NCBI GenBank assembly: GCA_002104945.1
Contig: MCFH01000017.1
Span: forward strand, 62,001-126,000
Origin: Piromyces finnis finn
Taxonomy: Eukaryota > Fungi > Neocallimastigomycota
DNA: 64,000 nt
Direction: 5' to 3'
Positions 1-25,129 of this stretch are shown here, piece after piece. The notes under the pieces were generated by a model. The model was not told the origin of the DNA and searched no databases. It worked only from the letters and a program-made list of their open reading frames with translations. Within the stretch, counting starts at the first letter, position 1; each line of letters starts with the position of its first letter. Both the position numbers and the translations under genes were made by a program.

Positions 1-2869
1 TATAATTTAATTATAGGTTTTACTTTTATTATATATACAATATAATGATATATGATAATCTAATTTCATTAATTATTAAAAATAATAATAATAAATAATT
101 ATAATAATAAATGTTAATATTCATTATTAATATAGAATATAGTGTGTTATGGTTATTTTATCAGTTCAAAATTATTTTATTCATTTTTATACTGACATTT
201 TATTTTATTTAAAATATTAAGTTGATTTATTTTACAAGTTTATTCTTTATAAAGAAAAAAATTATTTCCTTCTAGAGACTATTTTTTTACCCAATATTAT
301 AAAAAAAAAAATAGTTGTGTGTTGCGTGTGTGCGTGTGTATATGTGTCGTTGTATTTTTATATATAAATATTAATACAATATTTATTTACACTACTATTA
401 TTATATAATAATAGTATTTTTTACTTTTTTTTTTTTTTTTTTTTTTTAATTATATATATATAAATATATATATATATAGTTTTTTTTTTTTTTTTAATTA
501 TGCCTATATTCCAATTAGAAAAAAAAAGCCTTTAACAATAAAATGGAAAACTATTCCTATTTATATTAATTTTATTATTTAATTTTATTTTATATTAAAA
601 TTTTATTTACTCTTTTTTTTTTAAATTTTCAAAAGATATTATTAGTAGTATTTTTTATTAGTGTAAATTACTTATTAATCAATATATATAATTATTATTT
701 TTTTATAATCTATAATAATAGCTCTTATTGATTGTTTAACTATTCATTGTATGGTTATTATTTCATTATATTTCAATGTAATTATTTTGTTGTAAATTTT
801 ATGTTATTCTATATCATGTTGTTTTATTGTGTCATATTTTTCAATGATTTAATTTTTTTATTTTATAAACTAAATATTATATATTATACTATTTATATTA
901 TATTATTGATAATAATAATATTAAATATTATACCATTCCATTATTACTAACTTAAACCGATATTTAAAAAAAAAAAAAACTATTATTAAAAGACCTTTTA
1001 CATAAACTATTTATAAAATGCTTTCTTTTTTAGTTTGAGTTGTTACTCTTTATTTTTAATATTAATTCATTATAAAAGGTAAATTAATTTAATTAAAATT
1101 AAAGAATTATTAATTAAAATTTAATATAAATAATTATGATTTAATAAATTAATTCCACATTAAATTCCAACATATAAACTTTAATAATTAATAAAATTAA
1201 TCATTTTTTAGATGAAATTACAAACTTTAATTAATAATAAATTTAAAATTGATCATTGATAGTATAAATTGACCATTTAGATAGGAATAAAAAAAAAAAA
1301 CTCTAAAAAAAAATAATTTTATATATTATTAATACTATTCAATATATATAAATTATATTGATTTAATTAAATTAATCTATTCTATTTTAATTAAAAATAT
1401 TTTAAAGTTTTGAATTGTACTACCAACATCAAAAAAAAAAAAAAAAAAAGGTAGGATAAACTAACAAGTTTCTATATAATAAATGATGCTAATAATCAAT
1501 GGATGTTAGTTATTCTTAGAGTAGGTTATTTAAATAATCACATGCATTTTTTTTTAAAATTGATAAAAGAAAAATTATGTCGTTTACTTGATAATAATAA
1601 AAAAAGGGTCAAAATATGTTAATATGAATATATTTATGTATATCTATATTTATATATACACCCTATCTACCTACCTTTTAAAAAGAAAAATAAGGTAAGT
1701 AGATATGGTATGGTATGTATATATAAATAAATAAATAAATAAATAAATATGATTTAGAAAGAAATGAACTGTATCAAAATGTTGAGATGATAAATAAATA
1801 GACTATTATAATACTTTATTTTTTCTATTGAATTAAAAAATGTGACATCATGTAACAAAGTTAAATATTCAAACATTCTCTTATAAAGATATATTAAAAA
1901 CTATTAGAAAAAAAGTAGCTGAAAAAGAATATAAAGGAAATTCTAAATTCTATTATAATTTTATAAATTTCAATATTAATATTATTTATTTAAAACTATG
2001 AACTATAAGCTATTTGATTACCATCACTTTTTTCATCTATCTGAAATCTTGAAATTTTAATTTACATTTTCATTATTTATCATATGTTATATTCTTTTAA
2101 GGTACTTATATTTGATAATCCACTCACGAATATTCCGATATTATTAAATAAACATTCATAATCAAAAGTATTTTTAAAACTTTTTTTAATAATTATTATT
2201 TTACTAATTTTAGTAACACTTTATATTATAATAATTATTAATTAGATTAAAATAATATTTCATTTTATAATATAAATGAGGTATTATTATTATAATTGCA
2301 TTACTACATTATTACTTTAATAATTTAATGATTATTAAAAGATACTAATTTTTTTTTCTTATATTAATTTTTAATTAAATAAAATGGAATAATAATAAAT
2401 AATAATAAAAACATGCCTTTTTACTTTATATTGATAAAGACAAAACAAAACAATCTTTTCCTTTTTAATAAATATTTCTTATTTATTTCCATATTTACGT
2501 TTTGATGAATTGTAAAAAAGGTTTATAAGCAAAAAAAACAAAATTTATTACTTTATCATTATTATTTTTTTTTATAGTATGGTATGATATATAAAATAAG
2601 GTATTACTTTAAAGTTTACACATTATATATATATATATATATATTATTTTTATTTTATTTTTTTTTTTTTTAATAAAGGATAGTATAGATATTTATAATT
2701 TATAATTTTTTTTATGCTTATTATTACAATGGCTTATTATAAATATTTGAAAATGTTGAAAAAACATATATTAAACTAATAATATTACTATTATTAAAAT
2801 TTGGGGTATCCAAAAAAGTGTGTGCTTTATTTTTTTTTATTAAAAATTATTAAAATAATTATTATTGTT

Positions 2870-5800
2870 TTATGGAGTTGAGTCTGGTTTAGAACTTGGG
2901 AAATTAACATCCCAATATTCTTCTGGTGTGTTTTTGGGTATATTATTATAACGATGTCTAGATATTTCTTGAATATGATTATGATTATCTACACCTGCAA
3001 AGAACTATTATAAAAAAAAGGAAGAAAAATTATAGATAAAAATTAATATATATAAATATATATATATTTTACAAATAATTTTTAATCTATACTATATATA
3101 TATATCAATTTTTTTTGAAGATACTATTACTATTTATTTATTAATATTATACTAATATCTAGTATATATAATAAGAAAAAAAAAAAACTTTTATATTTAC
3201 ATCTTGACAACAAGGACAAGTAGTTCCATGAAGTTGTTTCCGTTTATACTTTTGACGAACCGTTTCATTATATAAGACTTCTGACTTTTTTTTTCTTAGT
3301 TTTAGGTTTTTTGACGGGGTCAGTTGTACTGTTTTTATCAAGGAGACCGCTTCTTCATTTGAACTATTATTATTATTAAAATTAAATACAATAGTTAATT
3401 AATTAAAAAAAAAAAAAAAAAAGGTGGAGAAAAAGATTAACATTGAAAGGATTAAAAAATTAATTAAAAATAACGAAGCAATAAAGACAACAATGCAATA
3501 ATAATAATGATAATAAAATAAATAAATAAAAAGATAAAATTCAGTACCATTTATTATTATATAAATTATCATTATTATCATTATTATCATTATTTATATT
3601 TCATATTATTTATATACAAAAAAAAAAAAATTTTTTAATAGATGTTAGTTTTTTTTTTATTATTATTTTTCCTTTTTTTAAATTTTTATATTTACCTTTT
3701 TGTTGGAGAGGATGGATCTTCATTTCTGATGGCATTGGTATAATTAAATAGGGTTTGTTGTTTTGTCTTTTTAAATTTCATTATATTACTGGTATCGATA
3801 GTATTGCCATTTTTGTGGGCAGCAGTAACCACTTCAATGCTATCATTATCACTATTCTCATCCGTGAGCCTATCATGGTCTTTTACAATTTCATTTTCTT
3901 GTTTTTTACCATTATTTATTAATTCTTTATTTTCATTGAATTCATTGTCAATCTCATTTTGCTCTTCTTCTCTTTCTCTATCCATATCTTTATCCTTATT
4001 ATTACTATCATTGATTTTTTTCATTTCTTTTGATATATCAAGATCATCATTATCATCATCAAATATAAAAGATGAATTTTGAGGTTCACCATTCTCTTCT
4101 TCTTCCTCCATATTTTTATTATTTTGATAATTTGTTTTCCAAATATACACTTTTTTTTCTTCGGAAGGAATATCATCCTTATTTTTTAAATAACTTTTTT
4201 CAAGACCCGAGGAGGAATCCGAATGAATTGCTGATGGTGTTTCTGGAATAATAGTTTCACGACGACGTTTGGTTTTCTTTTTTTCTTTATTTTTCTTTTT
4301 TCTATCGGATTCGGAATTTTTAGAATCGGTTGTGGTTGGCGTTGCCGCTGTCGGTTTATTTAATTTTGTAGAATATTGATGACTTCTTTCTAATTTTTCT
4401 ATATTTTCTTCATTTTGAGGTGGATTTCCAGGATTTATTACCATTTGATTTAAACGAATTGTACTGATATTCTTAACAATTTCTTCGGATCTTTGACTTG
4501 AATTTAACTGATTACCATAGGTTTCTTCATCGTCTTCTTCATCTTCTTTTCCTTTATACTTTTGATTACCTTCATTACTGACATCATCGTCATCATCATC
4601 ATCATCATCATCATCGTCATCATCTGAATCCATTTCCATTTCCGAATTATCATTTAATTCAATATCACTCGACTCACACAATTCTTTTAATATTCGATCA
4701 CTAGGAGATAAAAGGATATTTTTCTTTTTCTTTTTATTTTTTTTCGTTTTTTTAGTTGCATTTTCTGAGGGATGCGTCGTATTTTCATTAAGGTTGATGA
4801 TTTCAATATCACTACTACTTTTATTGGAATCTGTTTCTTGAATCATGATACTTTTTAAATTTTTATCATCACTTTCTTTTTTTTTTAATGCTTTATTCAT
4901 TCCTTCCGAACTTTTAATTTGAATTTTTTCTTTTTCTTTTGTCATTTGTTTCAATTGTTCCCTCGATAATACCATGGAATTTTGACGTTGTAGATGCGTT
5001 ACACTATTGTCAGCATCCTCATCTTTATTGATATCATTATTATCGTCTTTTCTTTTAATTTCATTTTCTGGAGTAGTGGCTACATATTCTATGTCATCCT
5101 TCTTTTTTAAAACTTCTTGATAGTTATTTACATTTTCTTTTAGTGGTGTATTTATATTTTTGGCTAATGGATTTCTTAAAGAAAAGCTTGATTTCTTTGG
5201 TGTAGAAGTAAGATTATTTGTTAAGAGGAAAGAGGGTTTATTTTGGTTTTCTTGGGATGCTGTTGGAGAAGATAATATTCTAATATTATTATCTCCTTCA
5301 TCATATACTGTGGTACATGATGAAGGGTGAATCTCCGATGGATTATTTATTGTTCCTTGTCTTGTATAACCTATATTTTTATTATTAAAATTGATTATTT
5401 TTTTCCTTTGAGCCAGATATTCTTTCTTTGGGGTTATTAGGTGTGAATTATCCATAACGGTTTCTTCATCCTCAAATTCTTTTTTTATTTCAGCTAATTT
5501 ATTATTTGCATTTTTAATATTTAAATTTTCAATTATTTTTGAACTAGGAGTTTTAATGACTGGGGATGATATTATTTCTTGATCGTTATTATTATTACTA
5601 TATATAGAATTTAACATATTAATTTAAAATTTGATTTTAATAACATATTATTTGTACTTTATTTTCGTATTATAATATACGATATATATATATATCATAA
5701 AGCCTATCCATCCACCAATATTAATAAAAGTAATATTTATATATACATATATATATAAAATACAAAATAATAATAACTATTCATATTTACCTATCAGAAT

Positions 5801-6904
5801 ATTTCCTTTTTTTAGAAGGCTGAAAAATATTTGATGAAGTGTTTATGTAATCTTCAATTTTAATTTTTTTTTTATTATTATTATTTTTTGGAATTGCAAA
5901 ATTCTTTTCTATTAGTTATATAATTATAAAGTATTAGTGCGCCATACATAACAGTTTTAAGTATTGGAGAGTTTTTTTTTTTTCCTCAAGGAAAATAAAA
6001 AATACAACTATAAAAGTTTTAATTTATGAATTTAAAAAAAATAGTCAACTACCTTTTTCATTATTGGATATTTCCATTAACATTGAAACATCAATATTAT
6101 TTTTACTTATATCTGGAAGTTTTGACATGATATCATTTTGTAATTTTTGATTTTCGAGTTTAATGTATTCCGAGTATTTTTTCCATTGTTCAATTCTTTC
6201 TTTTGCTTTTACCTGATAATTTTTAAAATGTTTTTTTAGAACGTGATATTGTTGTTGCCAATGTTTTAACTCTTTTTCAAAAACAATTTTCATTTCATTA
6301 TTTTTTTGCATATTACTATAGTTTTTTTTTTTTTTTAACAATATTTTAAATATTATATAAATTATTTAATAAATTTTTATTTTAATATATGATTTTATCA
6401 AGTTATAAAAAAAAAAATCAATAAATATTTATTATCACTAATATCAATATTTACTATTTCAAGGGTTCTTCATTATTATATTGAATTTGCTTTTCAAGTT
6501 GTTCAATTTTTAATTTCAATTTTTTATTGTCTAGTTCCGCTTGTTGAATGTTATATTCTGTAATACGATTTTGGTAACTTAATTTATGATCATATTTTAT
6601 TTTAAGTTCTTATTGTATATAATAAAATTAAGCATGTTATTTCATAGTAAAGGCAATATAAATGTTTATATTAATAACTTTTTTTTTTTTTTTTATTAAA
6701 TATATATACATATAAAATGAATATATTTAAGTTTAGTTACATACCATTAACATATTTTACGTGAATTGAATATAATAAGGTTAAAGCTTCTTCAAATGTT
6801 TTCCCTTCATTTTCTTTATCTATTTCATTATCTTGAATGGCTTGGGTATAATTGTCAATATCAATATCGTCATTTTTATATATATTTGAAATTGGGGGAT
6901 TCAT
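2870..6904 (-). CDS. CTP1: CtIP/Ctp1/Sae2-family DNA end-resection protein (7 exons; N-terminal coiled coil, long acidic disordered middle)
   Basis: Spliced with GT-AG introns from ATG at 6904 (MNPPISNIY...) through a coiled-coil region and the large exon inside ORF 3692-5617. The C-terminal exons read LYNETVRQKYKRKQLHGTTCPCCQD / FFAG...EISRHRYNNIPKNTPEEYWDVNFP, stop at 2870-2872. The VR..KR..L.G..CxxC, RHR and P.TP..YW...FP motifs are the Sae2/CtIP C-terminal signature. Confidence 0.9.
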
Positions 6905-7924
6905 TTATTATATATAAATGATTATAATAATTGTATATTGTGTGTATGCGTTTTCTTTATATATATGTGAATATTTCTATATATTTAATATGATAGTATT
7001 ATTAAAAAGACATAGACATATAAAAAGGTATTATAACCGTTTTTTTTTTTTAAAAAAAAAAAGAAATTAATTGAGTTACAAAGTAATTTTTTATTAATTT
7101 TTATTATATTTAATTTGTGAAGTCAAAAATTTTATTACTATATTTTTTTTTTTTGAAATTTTTTAGCAAATAAAATTGAGTAAAAAAAGTTGTCACCTAA
7201 TTTAAAAAATATATTTTAAATTTTTTAAATAATTAAATTTTAAAATAAATAAATAAATAAATAAATAAATAAATAGATAAAAATGTTAATTAAATGAATA
7301 GATACGTTATTAATTAAATAAATAGCCAAATTAGTGCTACCTTTTTTTTTTTTTTTTGTATTGGAATAAAACAAGAAAACAAAAAAGGTTTTAAGAAAAA
7401 GTGCACTTGCCAAACAAACGAATAAAGAAGAAAACAAGTATATTTGTTATAATTTTTAATATAATTATTTAATTGTTTAATAATAAATTTTATTATTTAT
7501 TATTACTTTTTGGATGTTTTTTTTTTTACTCTATTAAAATAATAGATCTATTATAATATTTAATTATTCTTTGTAAAGTTTTATAAATATAATATTTTAA
7601 TTATTATTTTGGGTATTTATTAAAAATTAAAACGGTTTGAAAAGTAACAATATTCATAATAATATTAATATTATTGTGTTATCCTTTGTTAAATTATTAT
7701 TATTGTTATTATATAATTATTATTAGTGTTAATTGTTATATAAATACTTTTTTTTGTTCATTGACGCTTTAATTTTTTTTTTTAATATTATATCTATTTT
7801 TAAATTAATAATAAAAAGTGTAAGGCGATAAAATATATTATTATTTTTAGAATTATACAAACATTTGAAATAAATATAATTTTTTTAATTTATATTTACA
7901 ATAGTTGAAATAATAAAATGTCTG

Positions 7925-7957
<33 letters not shown>

Positions 7958-8119
7958 TTAATAAAGATGTAAAGGATATTAATGAAAAAAAAAAAAAAAA
8001 GAAATTTTTTATTTTTCTTTATAAAAGATTAATAGGAAAATAAATTAAAATCAATCAATCAATATATATATATATAGATTATAGATTTAGCGTTAGTGTT
8101 AGAAAAGTAAAGTTTCTAT

Positions 8120-9114
8120 TTAGCTACAGCATTTTAATTTTGAATTTCTTTCGTTATTAATATCGTTCCAATCAATAACATCACCTTCAATCAAAAATTC
8201 AAATTGTGGTAATTGTACATTTTTGGCAATATAGTTGAAAGCCTCTTCTATGTTATCACCATATTTTGCTGATACTTCAAAGTAGGGTATTCTATATCTT
8301 TTAAGATCATCATAATCTTCATAATCAATACTATCATCATCGTCATCTTCGTATTGATGTGGATGATGATGAAGAGGACTTAACATTTCATAAGTATTGT
8401 ATTGTTTTCGTTTATTATTATTTGAAATAATATATGGAACTTCTGCTTCAACGTTTTCTGTATTTAAATAATTTTGATTGGTATAAGTTATGTTGGATTT
8501 AGTATTTATTGATAGATCATTTTTACTATTTTGATGTTCCTTTTTTAGGGCATTACTGTATCTTTTATATGAAGATGATCTTTGGTATATTGCTAATAAA
8601 CTATCATTATAACTTTGCATTGTATTTTCACTGGGTGCATATTTTGATTGATGAATGTAGCCATAATGAGGTGCTGTTTTAATGGATTGCTCTCTCATTT
8701 TTATAGCCATTCGTCTTCCTTGACTTTTAGTAATAACACGCTCATCTTCAATATCTGTTTTATTACCAACAAGAATAAATGGGTAAGTTGAAGGATCTTT
8801 TAAATCAGCTTTATTAATAAATTCTTCTTCCCAAGATAAAACATTTTTAAAAGAATCGGGATTTGTAACATCATACACAATACTTTATAAGAAAATATGA
8901 ATATATGCATATTAATTATTTAATATTACGCCTATAGATATTAAATTATTTATTAAATAAATTATATATATAATTACATGCATGCGTCAGCACCTCTATA
9001 ATAAGCAATTCCTAAACTTTGAAATCTTTCTTGACCTATATATAATTATATGTTATTTTTGTAAAAAAAAATTATTATACTTTTTGCACATATGATAAAA
9101 AGTATTATAATAAC

Positions 9115-9157
<43 letters not shown>

Positions 9158-9581
9158 TATTAAATAATATATTACCTGCAGTATCCCATATTTGCATTGA
9201 TACTCTTTTTCCGTCTTCGGTTTGAACTTCTTTTGTAATAAAATCAGCACCAATAGTTGCTTTATAATTATTGGTAAATCTATTATGGATATACTTTTTT
9301 TTTTTTTTAAAAAAAAAATAATAATAGGAAAAAAAAATAAATATTAATACTAATAATTATCACTTATAATATATATGCCTTTTTTTTTTACTTACTTGGA
9401 CTCTGATAGCTGTTTTACCAACACCACCATCTCCAATTAATACAACCTTTGAAAAATATTAATTTTTGAGAATGTTAAAAAAAAAATAAATAAATATGGA
9501 ATACATTAATATCATGACCTAGTCTTTATTTTATAAAATTGAATATTATTTAAAATATACCTTTAAAATACCCTTTTTCAT
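8120..9581 (-). CDS. Rab7/Ypt7-like small GTPase with a long internal insertion (5 exons)
   Basis: Exons give [47 protein letters not shown]...[31 protein letters not shown]...LVGNKTD...YFEVSAK...KCCS. G1-G5 boxes, the Rab7-type YKATIGADF effector loop and a CCX prenylation end are all present. Confidence 0.88.
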
Positions 9582-12031
9582 TTTTATTTATTTATTTTTT
9601 TTGTTAAATTAATATTTAATGTTTTTGAAAATTAAATTTTGTTTGATATTCCAATTTCTATATGTGGAAATATAAAGTTCTTTGGTTATATATATATATA
9701 TTTTAAATAACTTGAAAAAAAATGAACGTTGTATAAATCGAAGGTTGGAAATTATGATTATGTACCCTTTTAAATTCTAATTCATGTAACAATTATTAAA
9801 TGATATTTATAAATATTATTAATAAATAAATATGAATATGTACGATTCTTTCTTTTATTCGTTCAAGTGAATTATTATACTTGATAATTTCTGTTTTTTA
9901 GAAATATCAAAAAGAATGTAAATATATATAATTCATATATAATAAAAAAATATAAAATATATTAATTAGTTATTAAATCTCATAATTATAAAGGATATAA
10001 ATACTACTTTTAAAACTACTTTTAAAACCACTATTTATTATTCTTATTCTTATTCTTATTATTCTTATTCTTATTATTATTATTATTGTTGTTGTTGGTG
10101 GTGGTATTGTTGCTTTTATTGTTATTATATAACAAATATAAATGACTTTTTTTTTTTTTTAAATATATTTCAATTTTAAGGGAATACTAAATCCTTTTAA
10201 ATAAACTTTTTTATTGTGGTCTCATAAAATAATATTTATAATTTTACTGTTGCTATTGTTGCTTTTTCTATGTAAATCTTCTCTTTTTGCTTGCTTGACT
10301 TACCCTTTTCCTTCTTTTTTTTTTTAAATTCCCACTTTTTTTTTTATTTAAAAAGAATTGCTTTTTTTTTTTTTTTTAAAAATAATATTAAAAACTGTTT
10401 TTTTAAATAAATTAAACTATTTAATAGCATATATATTGTATTATATTGTAATATATAATGTTGAGAATTGTTTTAATTTTATAATTAAAATTATAATTTT
10501 TTAATCTATTTAATACAATGAAATACAATTATTCCATATATTAAAATAAATTATAATATATATCCAATTTAAATTTTTTATTTTTTTTTGTGATATGGAA
10601 TTTAATTTTTTTGAAATTAAAATTTAATAAAAAAATTATTATCAATAAATAAATGAATGAATGAATTAATAACTAAATAAATTTTATGATAATGAAAAAA
10701 AATAGTGCGATAAAAAAAATAAACAATTCCACCAAAAAAAAAAAAATTTGAAATATTATTAAATAATAAAAATTATTATTAATAAAGAAAATAACAACAG
10801 CAGCAGAAATAGCAACAACAACAGCAGAAGTAACAGCAGTAACAGCAGCATCTTTCCTTTTAATGTTCTATGTTTTATTAAAAACTTATCTTTTTTTTTT
10901 TTATCAAATAATTCCATCATCTTTTTTTTTCTGATAATTTTTTTATACAAAAAGATAAACTAATTTTTTTTATTCCACATCGATTCATCCATATATTATT
11001 TTAATATTAAAAAAAAAAAAAGGCATAAATTTTTTTAAAGATAACAAAATCCACAAATAAATAAATGAATAGTTAAATAAATAAAAAAGACTTTATAAAA
11101 TAAAAAAAAGCACTTTTAGCTTGTTATAACCATCCTCATTCTCATTCTTACCATTCATTCTGGTGTTTTTTTTTTTTTTTTTTTTACTTTTCATTCTCTA
11201 TACTTTTAATTAAAAAAAAAAAGTAAAAAAATTTAAAGTTTTTAAGATTTGTGGCTTAAAAATTTAAATCAATGAATTTTATTAAGAATTTAAATTATTA
11301 TTTATTTTACTTTTTTTCTTTTTCAGGTATTAGTATTAGTATTATACCTATTAAAAAAGTAATAATTAAAAAAAGTAATAAATATATTGAATAGGTAAAA
11401 GTATTAGTGATGACAAGGTAAAGCATCAATGTTCCCTTTGGCATTGATACATTGAAATGTCAAAGTGTAAAAAAAAAAAGATTCTGTTGATGAATAATTA
11501 TTAATAAAATACGCCACAATTCCAATGTTTTTGGTTTTTGTTTACCTTTTAAATATGGAAACATTTTTTTAATTTGACGTCGTACAATTTTTTTTTAAAT
11601 GTGGATGATAATTATTTTGATAGTGGAGGTAAAGAAGGCACACACAAAAAAGATAATAATAATGGAGTATATGGAATATAAGAAATATTAAAAGATGTTG
11701 ATACAAGTAGAGTATATGGAATAAATACTAAATATAAAAAAAATGAATAATTCAAAGATATATATATATGTTATATGTATGTTTTATTTTGTTTTTATTT
11801 CATTTATGATGATATAAAGATGTATTTATAATTTACATAAAATTCTATATATTATAAAAATTTATTTAATATTTATGACATTGGTATATCAAAATCATTT
11901 ATTTCTTTTTGTAACAGTTGAAAATAAAATAAAAAAAAAAAGATTATTAAAATAATTAATAAAGTAACAAAAAAATCTATTGTATAATTACGGAATTAAA
12001 TTATAGTTGTATTTGGGATGATATTACTGAT

Positions 12032-24094
<12,063 letters not shown>

Positions 24095-24914
24095 ATTATT
24101 ATTATTGTAACTATTTCTTTTTTCTTGTAATCTTTCTGTATTATTATTTTACAATGCTTTTTTTATTTATTATTAAATAGGAAAAATGAAAAATCAATTA
24201 AAATAATAAAGTTTTTTTTTTTTTTTGTTTGTTGCTTTGTTTTGGATAATTAAGATGAAATATGAAATTTTATTTAATTAGAGATAAAACTAATTTATTT
24301 TTTTTTTGTTTGTTTGTTTTTTTTTTTACTATAACTCTTTTACAATTTTATTTTATACAATGAATATTAAAGATTAATTATTTTATTTTTTTTAATGTAT
24401 TCTTTATGTGTGTAGATAAACTATATATATACATTAAAAATTTTAATAATTATGAAAATATTGAAGATAAATACAAAATAGTAAAATATATATTAAATTT
24501 TTTTATGAAATAGTATACAATTTCTTTTTATAAAGTAAGTGAATGAATGAATTATTATAATAATTATTTACATATTAATATTCATTAATGTGAAATATCA
24601 TATTAAAAAAAAAAAAAACTTTTAATATTAATAATAATTAAAAGTCCGCCGAATGTTTGGTGGTTAAAATAATAAAAAAAAATTAAATTTTGAAATTTTA
24701 ATAATAAATATAATTTTTATATTAAAACTTTCAAATTAAAGATTAGCCAATAAACAGCCAGATTCGAAATTAATCCAAGTATTTTTTTTATATACAAAAA
24801 AATATAACTTTTTTAAAAGATAGTAAACTATATATATTTTTAAAATAAAGTATTATTGATAAAGGTATTATTTCTCTTTTAAAAACAAACAAATAAGCAT
24901 GTTCATTAAATAAA

Positions 24915-25074
24915 TTAAATAGCTTTCTTATTTCCATCTTCTTCAGTAAACCAAGTGTAAATTCTTTTAGATATACTTTTTCCTATTTTTCTTACATTGC
25001 CAGTACTTGATACAACCTATAAATAAAAATTGAAATAAAAAAATATTTATTTTTCTATTAATCGATTAAGAAAA

Positions 25075-25129
<55 letters not shown>

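Noticed and set aside
732-950. 72-aa ORF and similar F/I/L/Y-rich ORFs (e.g. 3399-3590, 10759-10950, 14161-14594, 30340-30558, 33820-34131, 38658-38991, 53375-53563, 54345-54661)
   Set aside because: They are translations of A/T runs and microsatellites, mostly with non-ATG starts and no exon-like composition.
1850-2000. Short coding-like run IQTFSYKDILKTIRKKVAEKEYKGNSKF on the + strand
   Set aside because: It has no start codon, no convincing splice sites and no recognisable motif; it is too short to support a gene.
3804-4082. Antisense ORFs overlapping real exons (also 12800-12985, 13220-13423, 18298-18540, 27496-27864, 37254-37496, 49766-49984, 54108-54317)
   Set aside because: They are shadow frames of biased or repetitive coding sequence on the other strand or in another frame.
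11405-11500. Possible C/D box snoRNA (TGATGA at about 11408, plus an ATCAATG/CATTGAT hairpin)
   Set aside because: There is no CTGA D box or terminal stem at a suitable distance.
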